Origin: Eledone cirrhosa
Taxonomy: Eukaryota
Assembly (NCBI GenBank): GCA_964016885.1
Contig: OZ024760.1
Span: 30,938,001 to 31,002,000 of the forward strand
Direction of reading: 5' to 3'
DNA length: 64,000 nucleotides
Below the pieces are notes generated by a model. The model was not told where the DNA came from. It ran no database searches and worked only from the letters and a program-made list of their open reading frames with translations. Both the position numbers and the translations under genes were made by a program. Position 1 is the first letter of the stretch; each line of letters starts with the position of its first letter. This document shows, piece by piece, positions 26,523 through 38,318 of the stretch.

Positions 26523-27045
26523 CACACATATATAGTTTCTGATAATATTGATATTTTTTATACGGCCACATTTTGTACATCATGGATGTCGTATTTTTAT
26601 TGTTGTCCTGTCTTTCCTAATAGTTAAATTACTAGTCGATATCGGCACCACTGGGAAAGATAATGGTACCATCCATATCGTCGTTTAAGAAGCTGAAATT
26701 TCTATGACCTCCAGAGAACAGCTGATGAAGGGATTTTTCATGTCTGTGTTTGTTTGGCTACATTTTACTATCCTCTTTGCTTACATTTCTTAATCTCTTA
26801 TGAAATTTTGTCCATATATATATAAACACACACACACACACACAGACACATATATATGTATATATATAAACATATATATATGTTTATATATATATATATA
26901 TAACATATATATATATGTTTATATATATACATATATATGTTTATATATATATTTGTGTTTATATATATATATGTTTATATATATATGTATATATGTGTTT
27001 ATATATATGTTTATATATATATATATAAATATATATACTTACACT
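25555..27045. repeat. (TA)n/(CA)n microsatellite fields with short inverted flanking repeats
   Basis: TA/CA tracts at ~25555-25960, 26225-26535 and 26815-27045. ~26020-26075 and ~26680-26745 are diverged inverted copies. Confidence 0.85.
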
Positions 27046-27197
27046 CGTAAGTGTGTATATGAAAAGAGAACATGATAAAGAGAAAAAGAGGCAAGACAGA
27101 AAGATAGGAATAGATTTCACACAAATACTGTTGTTGTTGTTGTTTTTGTTAAATTCTTTTTATTAATTTTTTCTCTCAGTCCATTTCCTCTCTACTA

Positions 27198-27361
27198 TTA
27201 TTGTGGCCTTGTGAGATAACACTTCTGTTGGGGCACCTTTTGGCAATTGTTTAACACGATAACAACGTTTTCATCTGGTATCTTCACCTCTAATGGCTTC
27301 TCGTGGTAAGAACACTTCGCCCTCCTTGGACACACGCCAGGGCATGACATCATACGACAGC
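27198..27361 (-). CDS. Putative terminal coding exon (Cys-rich) of the minus-strand gene, with non-canonical TG acceptor
   Basis: tgttttgttatttctttcttatTG|GCTGTCGT. Phase 1 joins exon 30659. Encodes GCRMMSCPGVCPRRAKCSYHEKPLEVKIPDENVVIVLNNCQKVPQQKCYLTRPQ*, ending TAA TAG TAG, with AATAAA at 27164-27159. Confidence 0.6.
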
Positions 27362-27429
27362 CAATAAGAAAGAAATAACAAAACAACACAAATTAAAAAA
27401 AAAACAACCAGATTAAAACACTAACATAT

Positions 27430-28142
27430 TTCCCCCTTTCACTAAATTAGGGAGTTCCCCCTTTGATTAAATTAGGGAGTTTCCCCCATTGATTAAATTA
27501 GGGAGTTTTCTCCTTTGATTAACCCTTTAGCATTTACATTACTCAATTTACTTTTGCATTTTTGTGGTAAAGTCTTTACCTCACATAATATTGAATCTGT
27601 GAGATTTTGATGTTATTTATTTTGAGAACAATACTTTAATACAAGTATGAGCGGCCGGTTACAGTCGGTTTGAACAGAAAGAGGTGATAACATTCTGGCC
27701 GGCTATGTAAGGTTTAAATGCAAAAAGGTTAAATTAGTTAGGGAGTTACCACCTGCCACTAAATTAGTTAGGGAGTTTCCCCCTCCTCAGTAAATTAGTT
27801 AGGGAGTTTCCTCCTCCTCAGTAAATTAGTTAGGGAGTTTCCTCCTCCTCAGTAAATTAGTTAGGGAGTTTCCCCCTCCTCAGTAAATTAGTTAGGGAGT
27901 CACCCCCTTTCATTTAATTAGTTAGGGAATTTTCCTGTTTAATTTAATTAGGGAGTTTACTCCTTTTATTTAATTAGTTAGGGAGTTTCTCCCTTTCAGT
28001 AAATTAGGGAGTTTCTCCCTTTCAGTAAATTAGGGGGTTACCCCCTTTCAGTAACTTAGTTAGGGAGTTACCCCTTTCAGTAAATTGATTGGGGGAGTTT
28101 CATCCTTTCACCAAATTAGGGAGTTTCTCCCTTTCAGTAAAC
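27430..28142. repeat. ~25-30-bp minisatellite (AAATTAGTTAGGGAGTTTCCCCCTYYTCAGT)n interrupted by a MITE
   Basis: Tandem units, most containing TTAGGG, on both sides of the 27519-27732 insertion. Confidence 0.9.
27519..27732. mobile_element. piggyBac-type MITE monomer (TTAA TSD)
   Basis: TTAA-CCCTTTAGCATTTA ... TAAATGCAAAAAGG-TTAA. Internal sequence homologous to 29004-29200 and to the ends of 33698-39999. Confidence 0.85.
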
Positions 28143-28712
28143 TTTTGGCCCAAAACAGTCTGAGGTCATATCTCAGAGAAGGAAATGACATTCATTTTGC
28201 TTTGGGAGGTACAGGGAGGGTCAATAAAAGAGGTCCTAGTTATTGTTGTCATTGTTCAGCCCTTTCTTCTTCTTGTATGACATAAGCATTATAGTAAGGT
28301 CGGGATTGGTGAGCCAGACCAACGAGTCATTTGCAACATTAGGGATTTAGCCCCAGATCAGCCCCTAATTGAGTAGACCTATAATCAAAGACACAACCAG
28401 CTTTCAATGTCCCCTCCTTCAGTAAAATCCAGGTTTACATTGTCCCTCATTTTAATTAGCGTAGCATTTGGCTGCTTTCTTTAGCAGGTTGATCACCCAC
28501 ATACAGATTCTCTCATTTAATCCTTCTGTGTTCTGTGTTCTGTGTTCAAATCTGAACCATATGGGTTGGCTTTGACTTTCAGTTCCACGGTACCAGTAAT
28601 GTACTGGTCTTGAACTACAGCCCCCACTTCCACCACTATCTAATTAACCATTGTTATTGTTGTTGTTGTTGCTGTTCAATCATTAGAGGTGAACACACAC
28701 ACATGTATGCAT

Positions 28713-28855
28713 ATCATCATCATCATCATCATCAACGTTTAACGTCCGTGTTCCACGCTTGCATGGGTTTGGACGGGGGTAGTCCCACTTGAGGCAAGAG
28801 TGATTGTCTTGCTCGCATAGGACTGTCTGGCAGGTTTTCTACAGTTGGATGCCCT
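28713..28855 (-). mobile_element. SINE/RTE-like 3' tail fragment ending in (GAT)n
   Basis: CATCATCATCAACGTTTAACGTCCGTGTTCCACGCTTGCATGGG...CTACAGTTGGATGCCC, the same tail as the CORE-type SINE. Further stubs near 21590, 25818, 31694, 41000 and 44065. Confidence 0.65.
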
Positions 28856-28885
28856 ATATATATATATGCATGTATGTATAGATAG

Positions 28886-28935
<50 letters not shown>

Positions 28936-29003
28936 TATACATATCATTAAAGGGGTGATAAAACATGGTTCCCTAGGGATGGATATACACAACCTCAAGC
29001 ATC

Positions 29004-29200
29004 TTAACCCTTTACCATTTACATTATATATACTATTGTATTTTCACTTCATCTCCATAGTATAGAATCTATGAGATTTTGATATTATTTTGAGAACAAT
29101 AACTTAACATCAGTATGAGCAGCCAGTTATGGCTGATTTGAGCAGAAAGAGGTGAGAGAATTCTAGCCGGATACGGCCGGTTGAAATGCTAAAGGGTTAA
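29004..29200. mobile_element. piggyBac-type MITE monomer (TTAA TSD)
   Basis: TTAA-CCCTTTACCATTT ... AAATGCTAAAGGG-TTAA terminal inverted repeats. Confidence 0.88.
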
Positions 29201-29215
29201 ACATATGGAGCCTGA

Positions 29216-29260
<45 letters not shown>

Positions 29261-30269
29261 CACATACATATACATACATACACACACACATATATAGGAA
29301 AATTAGCACAATGTGGACAAAAACATGAAAATGACTCAGACAAATGGAAAACAATGCTCGCTTCTTCAGCCATCGTTTGTAGGCTAGACCAGGCAGCTTA
29401 CCACATCCAACTAGTGGTTTTTCTACAACTGGATGCCCTTCCTAACCCATGAACAAAAACAAACAAAAAAAATGAAACTCTGATGTCTATTGAAGGTAAA
29501 ACAAAGATGATATATGAAGATGGAAAAACTGAAATTTCTAATAGAATAAGAGTGGGAGAAAGACTGAAAGTTCTAATAGAGTAGAAGTAGGAGAAAGAAC
29601 GACAGAGAAACAGTTAAGAGAAGGTAAAGAAACGTCATTTTGTAATGTCAATATTTTTGTGTTTTTTTTCTCCTTCGATATCTTTTTGATTATTCTCACT
29701 TTTTTCCTCTGGTTTTCTCTATTTCTCCCTCTCTTTCTCTCACGGCCACAAGCTCTCTCATCTATATGTGTGTACATGTATGTATGAATATATATATGTA
29801 AAATACATGTGGCTGCATTTGTGTGTGTGTGTGTGTGCATGTGTCTGTATCTATGTATGTGTGTGTCTGTATGTGTGTGTGTATCAGTGAGTGCTATTGA
29901 GGTAGCAAGTGCCGTTAACTGATGTTTATGTAAGGAACTACACATACACTTGCAATAAGTTAAGTCATTTAAGTTTAACAAAAGCAAAAAAAAATACAAC
30001 TTTTTTCTACACATTTAGAACCTGGGCAATGCAAAGTACCACTACTAGTCATTGATATGGAAGAAACATGTAAGAAGACTAGCTGCACCTAGTTTGATGT
30101 GGTGTTTGCATGGATAAGAGAAGGAAAACAATGAGTTTGCTACAGTGAGGCCCAAAGGAACCATCACATTTCCTGGGAAAATCCAGGCTGCTCCTATATT
30201 GTTGGAAGTTGCCATAATCATTGTGATCTCCATTTGTTAGCTGATGAAGGGAATGTCATGCAGTGAAAA

Positions 30270-30545
30270 CATCACCACCACCCCATAACCATTATTATCA
30301 CCATCACCACCACCATCATCCTTACTATCATCACTACCAGCATCATCATCACTATCACCATCACCACCACCATCATCATTACTATCATCATCACCATCAT
30401 CATCATTACTGCTATCATTATCATCACCATCATCGTCACTATCATCACCATCACTATCATCATCACTATCATCCCCACCACCATCACCATCATCATCATC
30501 ATCACTATCAACATCAACCCCACCATCATCAGCATCACCATCATT
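30270..30545. repeat. (CAT/CAC)n trinucleotide microsatellite
   Basis: Degenerate CAY repeats. The poly-His ORF is an artefact. Confidence 0.92.
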
Positions 30546-30658
30546 AACAGACAGTCACAGCCTTCACTAAATAAACATATACAGGTAGTCAAACACACAC
30601 ATAATCGTGAACAGAAAGAAAATAGCCTTAAATGAGAAAGGTGCTGTGATATATATAC

Positions 30659-30937
30659 CTTGAATAGTCTTGATAGGTGTTGCAGGTGCTGGAGGAGTTC
30701 CTGGAGGGCAGGTATGAGGAGGTAGACTTAGGTTGATATGTAGTGGAGAGCAGGAAGGTCGAGAATGTTCCTGGATGTTGATCTGATACTGTGTCTTCCC
30801 CGCACCATCCATGCTGACGGCATCTGTCTGGACACCCAAGTCCTCAAGAACCTTTGCCAATCTTTCAGGCTCAGGTAAAACTTCAGGTTCAGGTACTCTG
30901 GTTGGCTCAGGCTCTAATGGTGGCGTTTTTGATGGAA
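30659..30937 (-). CDS. Internal coding exon (279 nt, phase 1-1), Pro/Glu-rich, of uncharacterised gene
   Basis: ccctctgtag|TTCCATCA...ATTCAAG|gtatat. Open frame IPSKTPPLEPEPTRVPEPEVLPEPERLAKVLEDLGVQTDAVSMDGAGKTQYQINIQEHSRPSCSPLHINLSLPPHTCPPGTPPAPATPIKTIQG. Confidence 0.82.
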
Positions 30938-30964
30938 CTACAGAGGGATCAAATATAGTATCAA

Positions 30965-31376
30965 TTAGTTCCTACTGGCAGTTTAGGGGAAAGAGGCATT
31001 AGTTAGTTATTACTGGCAGTTTAGGGTAAAGAAGCATTGGTTAGTTATTACTGGCAGTTTAGGGGAAAGAGGCATTAGTTAGTTATTACTGGCAGTTTAG
31101 GGGAAAGAGGCATTAGTTAGTTATTACTGGCAGTTTAGGGGAAAGAGGCATTAGTTAGTTATTACTGGCAGTTTAGGGGAAAGAGGCATTAGTTAGTTAT
31201 TACTGGCAGTTTAGGGGAAAGAGGCATTAGTTAGTTATTACTGGCAGTTTAGGGGAAAGAGGCATTAGTTAGTTATTACTGGCAGTTTAGGGGAAAGAGG
31301 CATTAGTTAGTTATTACTGGCAGTTTAGGGGAAAGAGGCATTAGTTAGTTATTACTGGCAGTTTAGGGAAAAGAGG
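30965..31376. repeat. 38-bp minisatellite (TTAGTTAGTTATTACTGGCAGTTTAGGGGAAAGAGGCA), ~11 copies
   Basis: Near-identical units with 38-bp period (CTGGCAG at 31051, 31089 and onward). Confidence 0.95.
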
Positions 31377-31911
31377 GAACAAATACAGCATTGGTTAGAG
31401 AGCTCTGAACAAACATAAGAACATTTTAATCCAACACTAATGACTCTGTTAATTGACAGATAGTGATACAGCCACCAAGTATGATGGTCAGTTGTGATAT
31501 AAACAGGCTCCTGCTGGGCAAATAACCCCAGACCAACAAAGGTGAGCTGATAGGAAGATGGAGCAATGGGTTAGCGCTCAAGAAAATTCACACAACCCAG
31601 TGATGTAGCTACAAAGTGGCGAGTAAAGGCCACCTAAAAAAACCCTAGTCTTCATGGGTCTGAGAAAATTACCAAATTGGCAGCAGACACGAAACATCAT
31701 CATTTAATGCCCATTTTCCATGCTAGCTTGGGTTGTCCCATTTGAGGCAAGTTGGGTCAGGTGCCAGTGTCTCCCAAAACACTGCAATATGGTTTGATGC
31801 AATAAAACCCTTCGCACTACAGTGTCCTTCATGCGGGGTAACACAGGCTTAATACAGAAAAAAACATTTTTTTTTATAACTTTAAAAATGGGTACAAAAT
31901 AATTGATTTAC

Positions 31912-31995
31912 TTTGAAGCTCTTTCTCAAGTGATGCCTTAATTTCTAAAAGCATCTCTGAAATCACTCTTCCAACTATTTCATTTAGTTCTTTAT
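31912..31995 (-). CDS. Internal coding exon (84 nt, phase 1-1), amphipathic helix-like
   Basis: Long polypyrimidine tract ttcttcttccttttcttcattcag|ATAAAGAA...CTTCAAA|gtaaat. Encodes DKELNEIVGRVISEMLLEIKASLEKELQ. Confidence 0.8.
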
Positions 31996-32077
31996 CTGAA
32001 TGAAGAAAAGGAAGAAGAATAAAGGCATATAAAAACAGGGCCAGACAATCAATAAACATGGGGTACTGAGGGTGAGC

Positions 32078-32155
32078 AAAGAAGACCTGGAGGGTAGGGA
32101 AAAGAAGACCTGGAGGGTAGGGAAAAGAAGACCTGGAGGGTAGGGAAAAGAAGAA
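32078..32155. repeat. 23-bp tandem repeat x3
   Basis: GAAGACCTGGAGGGTAGGGAAAA at 32081, 32104 and 32127. Confidence 0.9.
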
Positions 32156-32844
32156 CTGCAGACCCAACCTAAAAGATGGCCAGCACAGGTGTGGCACAAA
32201 CTAGTTTCAAACACAAACTCTTGACAGAGACAGAGGAGATGGGAAGAGCATAGTGGTCTTTTGCTGTGAGACTGGAGGGGCCAGGTGATTGCTTAGCATA
32301 GCAGTAATTTAGGGAGCTAGGTTCAAAACTGAGCCTTTAATACTATTTTAGTATAGTGGTAATTTAGAGAAGATTTTTGGTGAGAGTCTTAGCTTATTAT
32401 ACACCTAAGTGTCATCATCGCCCAGAGAGATATAAACTGTAGGACCCTAAAGCTGGTTATAAGCGTAACTAGGGTATAGCAAGCATGATACGTGCCATGG
32501 CGGCCACTTGAAGAGAGTCACGAGGAGCACTTTCTACTAAAGTCAGATAAGCTATCGTTGGAGAGTGAAGAAGTAAACTTCTTCAGATGTATGATCTGTC
32601 TTTATCATAGGTGAGAAACACTATGGTGGCTGGATAATTAAACCATTTATATAAATTATTAGGCTCATAGGTTGTCTCAGCCATTCGTGCCAGATGTTTG
32701 GGCAGGGGCACAATTTCTCTGCTTGCTATAGGTACTATTTTCCCTAATACACCTCTGGTTATAAGCTTCAACCAGATGCCTTTTCTTTGTTGATTTTTTC
32801 ATATGAATATATTTTTCTCTGTAAAACTTTTTGAGTCATTCAAT

Positions 32845-33230
32845 GTCATATATATAGTCTTATATATACAAAGTCTAATATATACACACGGTCTCATATA
32901 TACAATGTCTTATATATACAAAGTTTTATAGATACATTAAAAGTCTTACATATACATTCAAAGTCTTACATATACATTCAAAGTCTTACATATACATCCT
33001 AAGTTTGATATATACAATGTCTTATATATACATTCAAAGTCTTATCATCATTAAGGGTGGGAGGTATTGTGCCTAAAATATAGGTATAGGCCCTGCCATT
33101 TCTGGAAAATCAAATAAGGGGCTGGTGATCAAAAGATCAGGGAATTATGTTACACAATAGGGTTTGTAACTCAGAGATCAGGGAGTTATGTTACATGATA
33201 GGGTTTGTAGTTCACAGATTAGGGAATCAT
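32845..33230. repeat. Short degenerate minisatellites (~20-bp TATACATTCAAAGTCTTACA; ~41-bp GATCAGGGAATTATGTTAC...)
   Basis: Tandem units at ~32845-33045 and ~33135-33230. Confidence 0.7.
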
Positions 33231-33709
33231 TACTCGGCATCTAGAAGTTACAGCTCTGCTATTACAGACATGTAGTTAGAATGTCTAAGAATCGCTGGAT
33301 TAGATTTTACTGGCAGGAGACCCAGAAGTAGACCACAAGTGAAGATGAATAACATCCATACTCTCGGTCAGTCTCTCTTGGGGATTCAGCCTGGATCATT
33401 TGAAGATGGTGGCCTCTGATAGGATCCTATGGAAGGAGAGTCTGAGGTCTCTGCTCCCACCATCCCTCAAACTCAGAAATAACTTCAGGAAGTTGAGATT
33501 TGAAGAGCATATTCTAATGTTTGTGACCTGTTCACTTTCATACATTCTTTTTCCTCCTTCTATCTTCTCTTCCTTCCTTCTAGTCAACTCACATCTAGCC
33601 GCTGATCTCTGTCCTTCGAGGTAATATTTTACCCAACGCCACTTCAACTATTAAAGGTTTTGACACAAAATCTGTTTTGGGAAGCGTTACCCTACATTTA
33701 ACCCTTTAC

Positions 33710-35435
33710 CATTTACACTCGATATATACTATTATATTTTCACAGTAAAGGCTTTACCTCACATAATATCTCACATAACATTTACATTACTCTATATATA
33801 CTATTATATTTTCACAGTAAAGGCTTTACCTCACATAATATCTCACATAACATTTACATTACTCTATATATACTATTATATTTTCACAGTAAAGACTTTA
33901 CCTCACATAATATCTCACATAACATTTACATTACTCTATATATACTATTGTATTTTCACAGTAAAGGCTTTACCTCACATAACATTTACATTACTCTATA
34001 TATACTATTATATTTTCACAGTAAAGACTTTACCTCACATATCTCACATAACATTTACATTACTCTATATATACTATTGTATTTTCACAGTAAAGGCTTT
34101 ACCTCACATAACATTTACATTACTCTATATATACTATTATATTTTCACAGTAAAGGCTTTACCTCACATAATATCTTACATAACATTTACATTACTCTAT
34201 ATTTACTATTGTATTTTCACAGTAAAGGCTTTACCTCACATAATATCTCACGTAAAATTTACATTACTCTATATATACTATTGTATTTCACAGTAAAGTC
34301 TTTACCTCACATAATATCTCAGATAACATTTACATTACTCTATATATACTATTGTATTTTCACAGTAAAGACTTTACCTCACATAATATCTCACATAACA
34401 TTTACATACTCTATATATCCTAATGTATTTTCACAGTAAAGGCTTTACCTCACATAATATCTCACATGTCATTTACATTACTCTATATATATATTATATT
34501 TTCACAGTAAAGGCTTTACCTCACATAATATCTCACATAACATTTACATTACTCTATATATACTATTGTATTTTCACAGTAAAGGCTTTACCTCACATAA
34601 TATGTCACATAACATTTACATTACTCTATATATATATTATATTTTCACAGTAAAGGCTTTACCTCACATAACATTTACATTACTCTATATATACTATTGT
34701 ATTTTCACAGTAAAGGCTTTACCTCACATAACATTTACATTACTCTATATATACTATTATATTTTCACAGTAAAGGCTTTACCTCACATAATATCTTACA
34801 TAACATTTACATTACTCTATATTTACTATTGTATTTTCACAGTAAAGGCTTTACCTCACATAATATCTCACGTAAAATTTACATTACTCTATATATACTA
34901 TTGTATTTCACAGTAAAGTCTTTACCTCACATAATATCTCAGATAACATTTACATTACTCTATATATACTATTGTATTTTCACAGTAAAGACTTTACCTC
35001 ACATAATATCTCACATAACATTTACATACTCTATATATCCTAATGTATTTTCACAGTAAAGGCTTTACCTCACATAATATCTCACATGTCATTTATATTA
35101 CTCTATATATATATTATATTTTCACAGTAAAGGCTTTACCTCACATAATATCTCACATGTCATTTACATTACTCTATATATACTATTGTATTTTCACAGT
35201 AAAGGCTTTACCTCACATAATATGTCACATAACATTTACATTACTCTATATATATATTATATTTTCACAGTAAAGGCTTTACCTCACATAACATTTACAT
35301 TACTCTATATATACTATTGTATTTTCACAGTAAAGGCTTTACCTCACATAATATCTCATAACATTTACATTACTCTATATATACTATTGTATTTTCACAG
35401 TAAAGGCTTTACCTCACGTAATATCTCACATAACA
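33710..35435. repeat. 72/60-bp satellite, left arm
   Basis: Unit CACAGTAAAGGCTTTACCTCACATAATATCTCACATAACATTTACATTACTCTATATATACTATTGTATTTT, with 60-bp deletion variants and a 620-bp higher-order repeat (34423 vs 35043). Confidence 0.96.
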
Positions 35436-35647
35436 TCTCGTATACGAGAGACGTGTGTTGACGTGTGTTAACAAGCTCAGCTACCGAGTTTGATTTACTT
35501 ACTCAAAAGTGAGTTTTGATTTATTGTTTTTGTACTGTAATATACGTTAACCCCTTGCCTGGGTCGTCAGACTTTGATTTTATTTATTTTCGCCCCTTTT
35601 TGGGGCGAATTTTACATTTAAAAATTTATTACAGCAAACTGATAGAA

Positions 35648-36520
35648 ATGGACGGAATTTTCACATCTCATCCTAACGAGAAAGCCACGCCCCCTAAGAA
35701 AGGTGATACAGAGAAGCTAGAAGCACAATGCTCTAAGTCTTCCCTCCTCACTTCTGCAAAAGAAACATGTAACACGGAATTAAAAGAAAAATTTGTAAAA
35801 ATAGGTGAAAACCCAGAAAGTCACATAAACGCAGACAAAAACAACAATGACAATAACAGCACGACCAACAACAACAATAGCCACAACACCAACCAAGAAT
35901 AAAAGGAAAAAAATAACGATAACACCAAACAAAGCGAACCCACTACTGGTGCCTCCTTTGCACAGGCGGTCCGAAAAACACATACCTGCAAGCAACTGGA
36001 CATTACAACTCTGAGAGAAAAGATGAAGGAAGCAAAACAGTATGTAACTTTCAAAGAAGGAGGAGACTTCACAATCACCTCCCCACAAGAAATCAAAAGA
36101 GACACGGCACTAAGAACGGTATCTTTCAGAACAATTTCCAACATAACAAGGAAACCAGCTCAATTATCCCAAAAAGAGATTGAGCTGGTCCTAAAAAATG
36201 TGTGGAGTGATATATCGTTCATACAAAAAGGGCCACTCTATGGGAATATAACGGTGCTAATGAAGGAACAATTGACGGCCAGGAAATACTCTGTGGCGCC
36301 AATTGTTTCCAAGCTACATACATTTTCCCCCACATATTTAGAGAAAAGAACGCAGAAAATAAGAGTAAGAGTCTCCGGAATCCGGCCAAATGCATGCATT
36401 TCCTGGGTACTAACAGGATTTTTAGAAAACGAGGACGGAGTCCGCTCAGTAGGAGAAGTCACCACAGACGTTTTCGGCGGTTTGAGCATGGAGGTTCTGG
36501 TCCAAATGAGACCAGAACGA
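35648..36520 (+). pseudogene. LINE ORF1 (nucleic-acid-binding protein), disrupted
   Basis: ORFs 35516-35902 and 36023-36715 share one frame separated by a single TAA. The C-terminus is lost by in-frame fusion to ORF2. Confidence 0.7.
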
Positions 36521-38318
36521 ATAGCAAGAATACTCAGGTTGCATAGAATGGATGTAATGGCTATTTGCGAGTCCAGGATCAGCAGCGAGCGCCAACTGGC
36601 GCCCCTCTTCGACGACTTTGAGATCTACGGATCTCTCTGTCAACCGGGGCCTCGCCATACAGAATTTGCACCTGGACCCGGAGGGTCGACTGGTGGTTTT
36701 AGACGTCGGCAGTAGTGAAAGTGGAGCCCTTAGACTAATTGCTGTGTACGCCCTTGTTTGGGCAGCGCGGCCAGATTACTTCCAACATCTGGAAACTTTT
36801 CTGGGAACGTCCCACTCCTTGCTTTTAGTGGGGGACTGGAATGGTATCCTGGATGCACGTTGGGACTATGTAGGGGCATGTGCCAATAGAGGGGGGTGTA
36901 AAAGCCTCAAAAGGTTAATCAGCCGATTTGACCTGGCCGATAGATATCGACTAGATTTTCCGACTGTACCACTATGGACGTGGACCAATCGCAGTGGAAC
37001 ATCTAGGTCGTACTTAGATAGGGTCCTAGTTAGAGATAAGGATAGGGACACATTTAGCTGTCCAAAAATGTTCATGGTTGACTATTCGGATCACAAGTTA
37101 GTGACCTGCATAGTCAACCCTGATAGAACCCATAGACAGGGACCCGGTTACTGGAAGCTGAACTTGTCCTTACCGACAAGCAAAGCTTACAGTAAACGGA
37201 TTAGCACGTTAGTTAAGCAGAGTTTGACAGGGGCAATTGTCAACAACAGGTGGTGGAGCTCTCTTAAGAGAGCAATTAGAATAGAATCGATAGGTTTTAG
37301 TCAGGAATTAGCAAGGGATAGGAACAAGACGGAAAGGGAATTAGTAGATAGAGTAGAAGAGGCGATTAGGAGTGGCAATGTAGCCAGCGTGCTGGCATCA
37401 AGAATGGCCTTAGACCAGTTCTTTGATGTGAAGCACGAGGGCTGCGTTGTCAGGAGTAAAATACGTGCTCTGGGTAATGAGGGAGCCAAAGCTGTTAGCT
37501 GGGCCCGAGTGACAGAGGCAAAAAGTGGGAACAAGTCCACGATTCGGTCTTTGAAGGACCAGGATGGGCGTGTGATCCTTGAACCTGGGCAGATGTGTGC
37601 TGCCTTTCAGCGGCACTTTGCACGACTGTTCGGGAGGGGCGGCGCGCCGGGTGAGACTATGGATTTCAATCCATACCTCGATGGTCTGCCGCGCTTCTCG
37701 GACGGGGAGGCGAAGTCCTGCGAGAGGCCGATTTCAGCTGCTGAGATAGGGGCGGCGCTGAGCCAATGCGGCAAACGCAAATCCCCGGGTCTCGATGGTC
37801 TACCATACGAGCTATATGTAGCGATGCCGGACTTGTTCTCCGATATCCTCAAAGCGGTCTACTGCAACTGGCAGCAGAACGGGAAAATTCCCAGTTCTGT
37901 GACCAAGGGCGTAGTTACGCTGGTGAGGAAGGATGAGAACAAGGGGGATGACATAAGTAACTTCAGGCCCATAACTCTGCTAAATGCAGAGTTAAAGATT
38001 TTGGCCAAGGTGTTAGCGAAGAGGTCGGCGCTTGTCGTTGGAAACCTGGTGGGAGAAGCGCAGAAATGCGCAATCCCGTCCAGGTCCATTCACGACAATC
38101 TCCACCTTATGCGATACATCATAGAGAGGGTAGGGAATGAACCTGGCTTTGGTGGGGCCCTGATCAACTTGGATCAATCTAAAGCTTTCGATAGGGTTGA
38201 CCATCGTTACCTGGATGCGGTGCTTGCGGCGGCAGGCTTCGGACCCATTTTCAGGGGTTGGATTGCTGCGATGCACAGCAGCAACGTCTGCTCAAGGGTC
38301 AAGGTGAACGGCCACCTC
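36521..38318 (+). pseudogene. LINE ORF2 fragment (APE endonuclease + partial reverse transcriptase)
   Basis: APE N-terminus (RLHRMDVMAICESRI) is in the ORF1 frame. A frame-shifting deletion lies near 36650, then ORF 36618-38348 continues. Confidence 0.88.

Larger units (their letters stand above)
35436..38318 (+). mobile_element. L1/Tx1-clade LINE: 5' UTR, ORF1 and APE + N-terminal RT; internally deleted and 3'-truncated
   Basis: ORF1 runs from ATG 35648 with an in-frame TAA at 35900 and an SFAQAV motif. APE motifs AICESR, GDWN, SYLDRV and SDH; RT motifs KSPGLDG, FRPITLLN and LDQSKAFDRV. Ends at RVKVNGHLS, before QG/YADD. Confidence 0.93.

Noticed and set aside
27430-28142. Telomere or interstitial telomeric array
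   Set aside because: TTAGGG occurs only once per ~29-bp unit and never in tandem.
30263-30547. His-rich protein
   Set aside because: CAY microsatellite lying antisense within an intron of the reconstructed gene.
32405-32520. Mitovirus/narnavirus RdRp (LGDD motif)
   Set aside because: The GDD lies in a stop-riddled frame without a recognisable motif B. It is kept only as an unassigned low-confidence finding.
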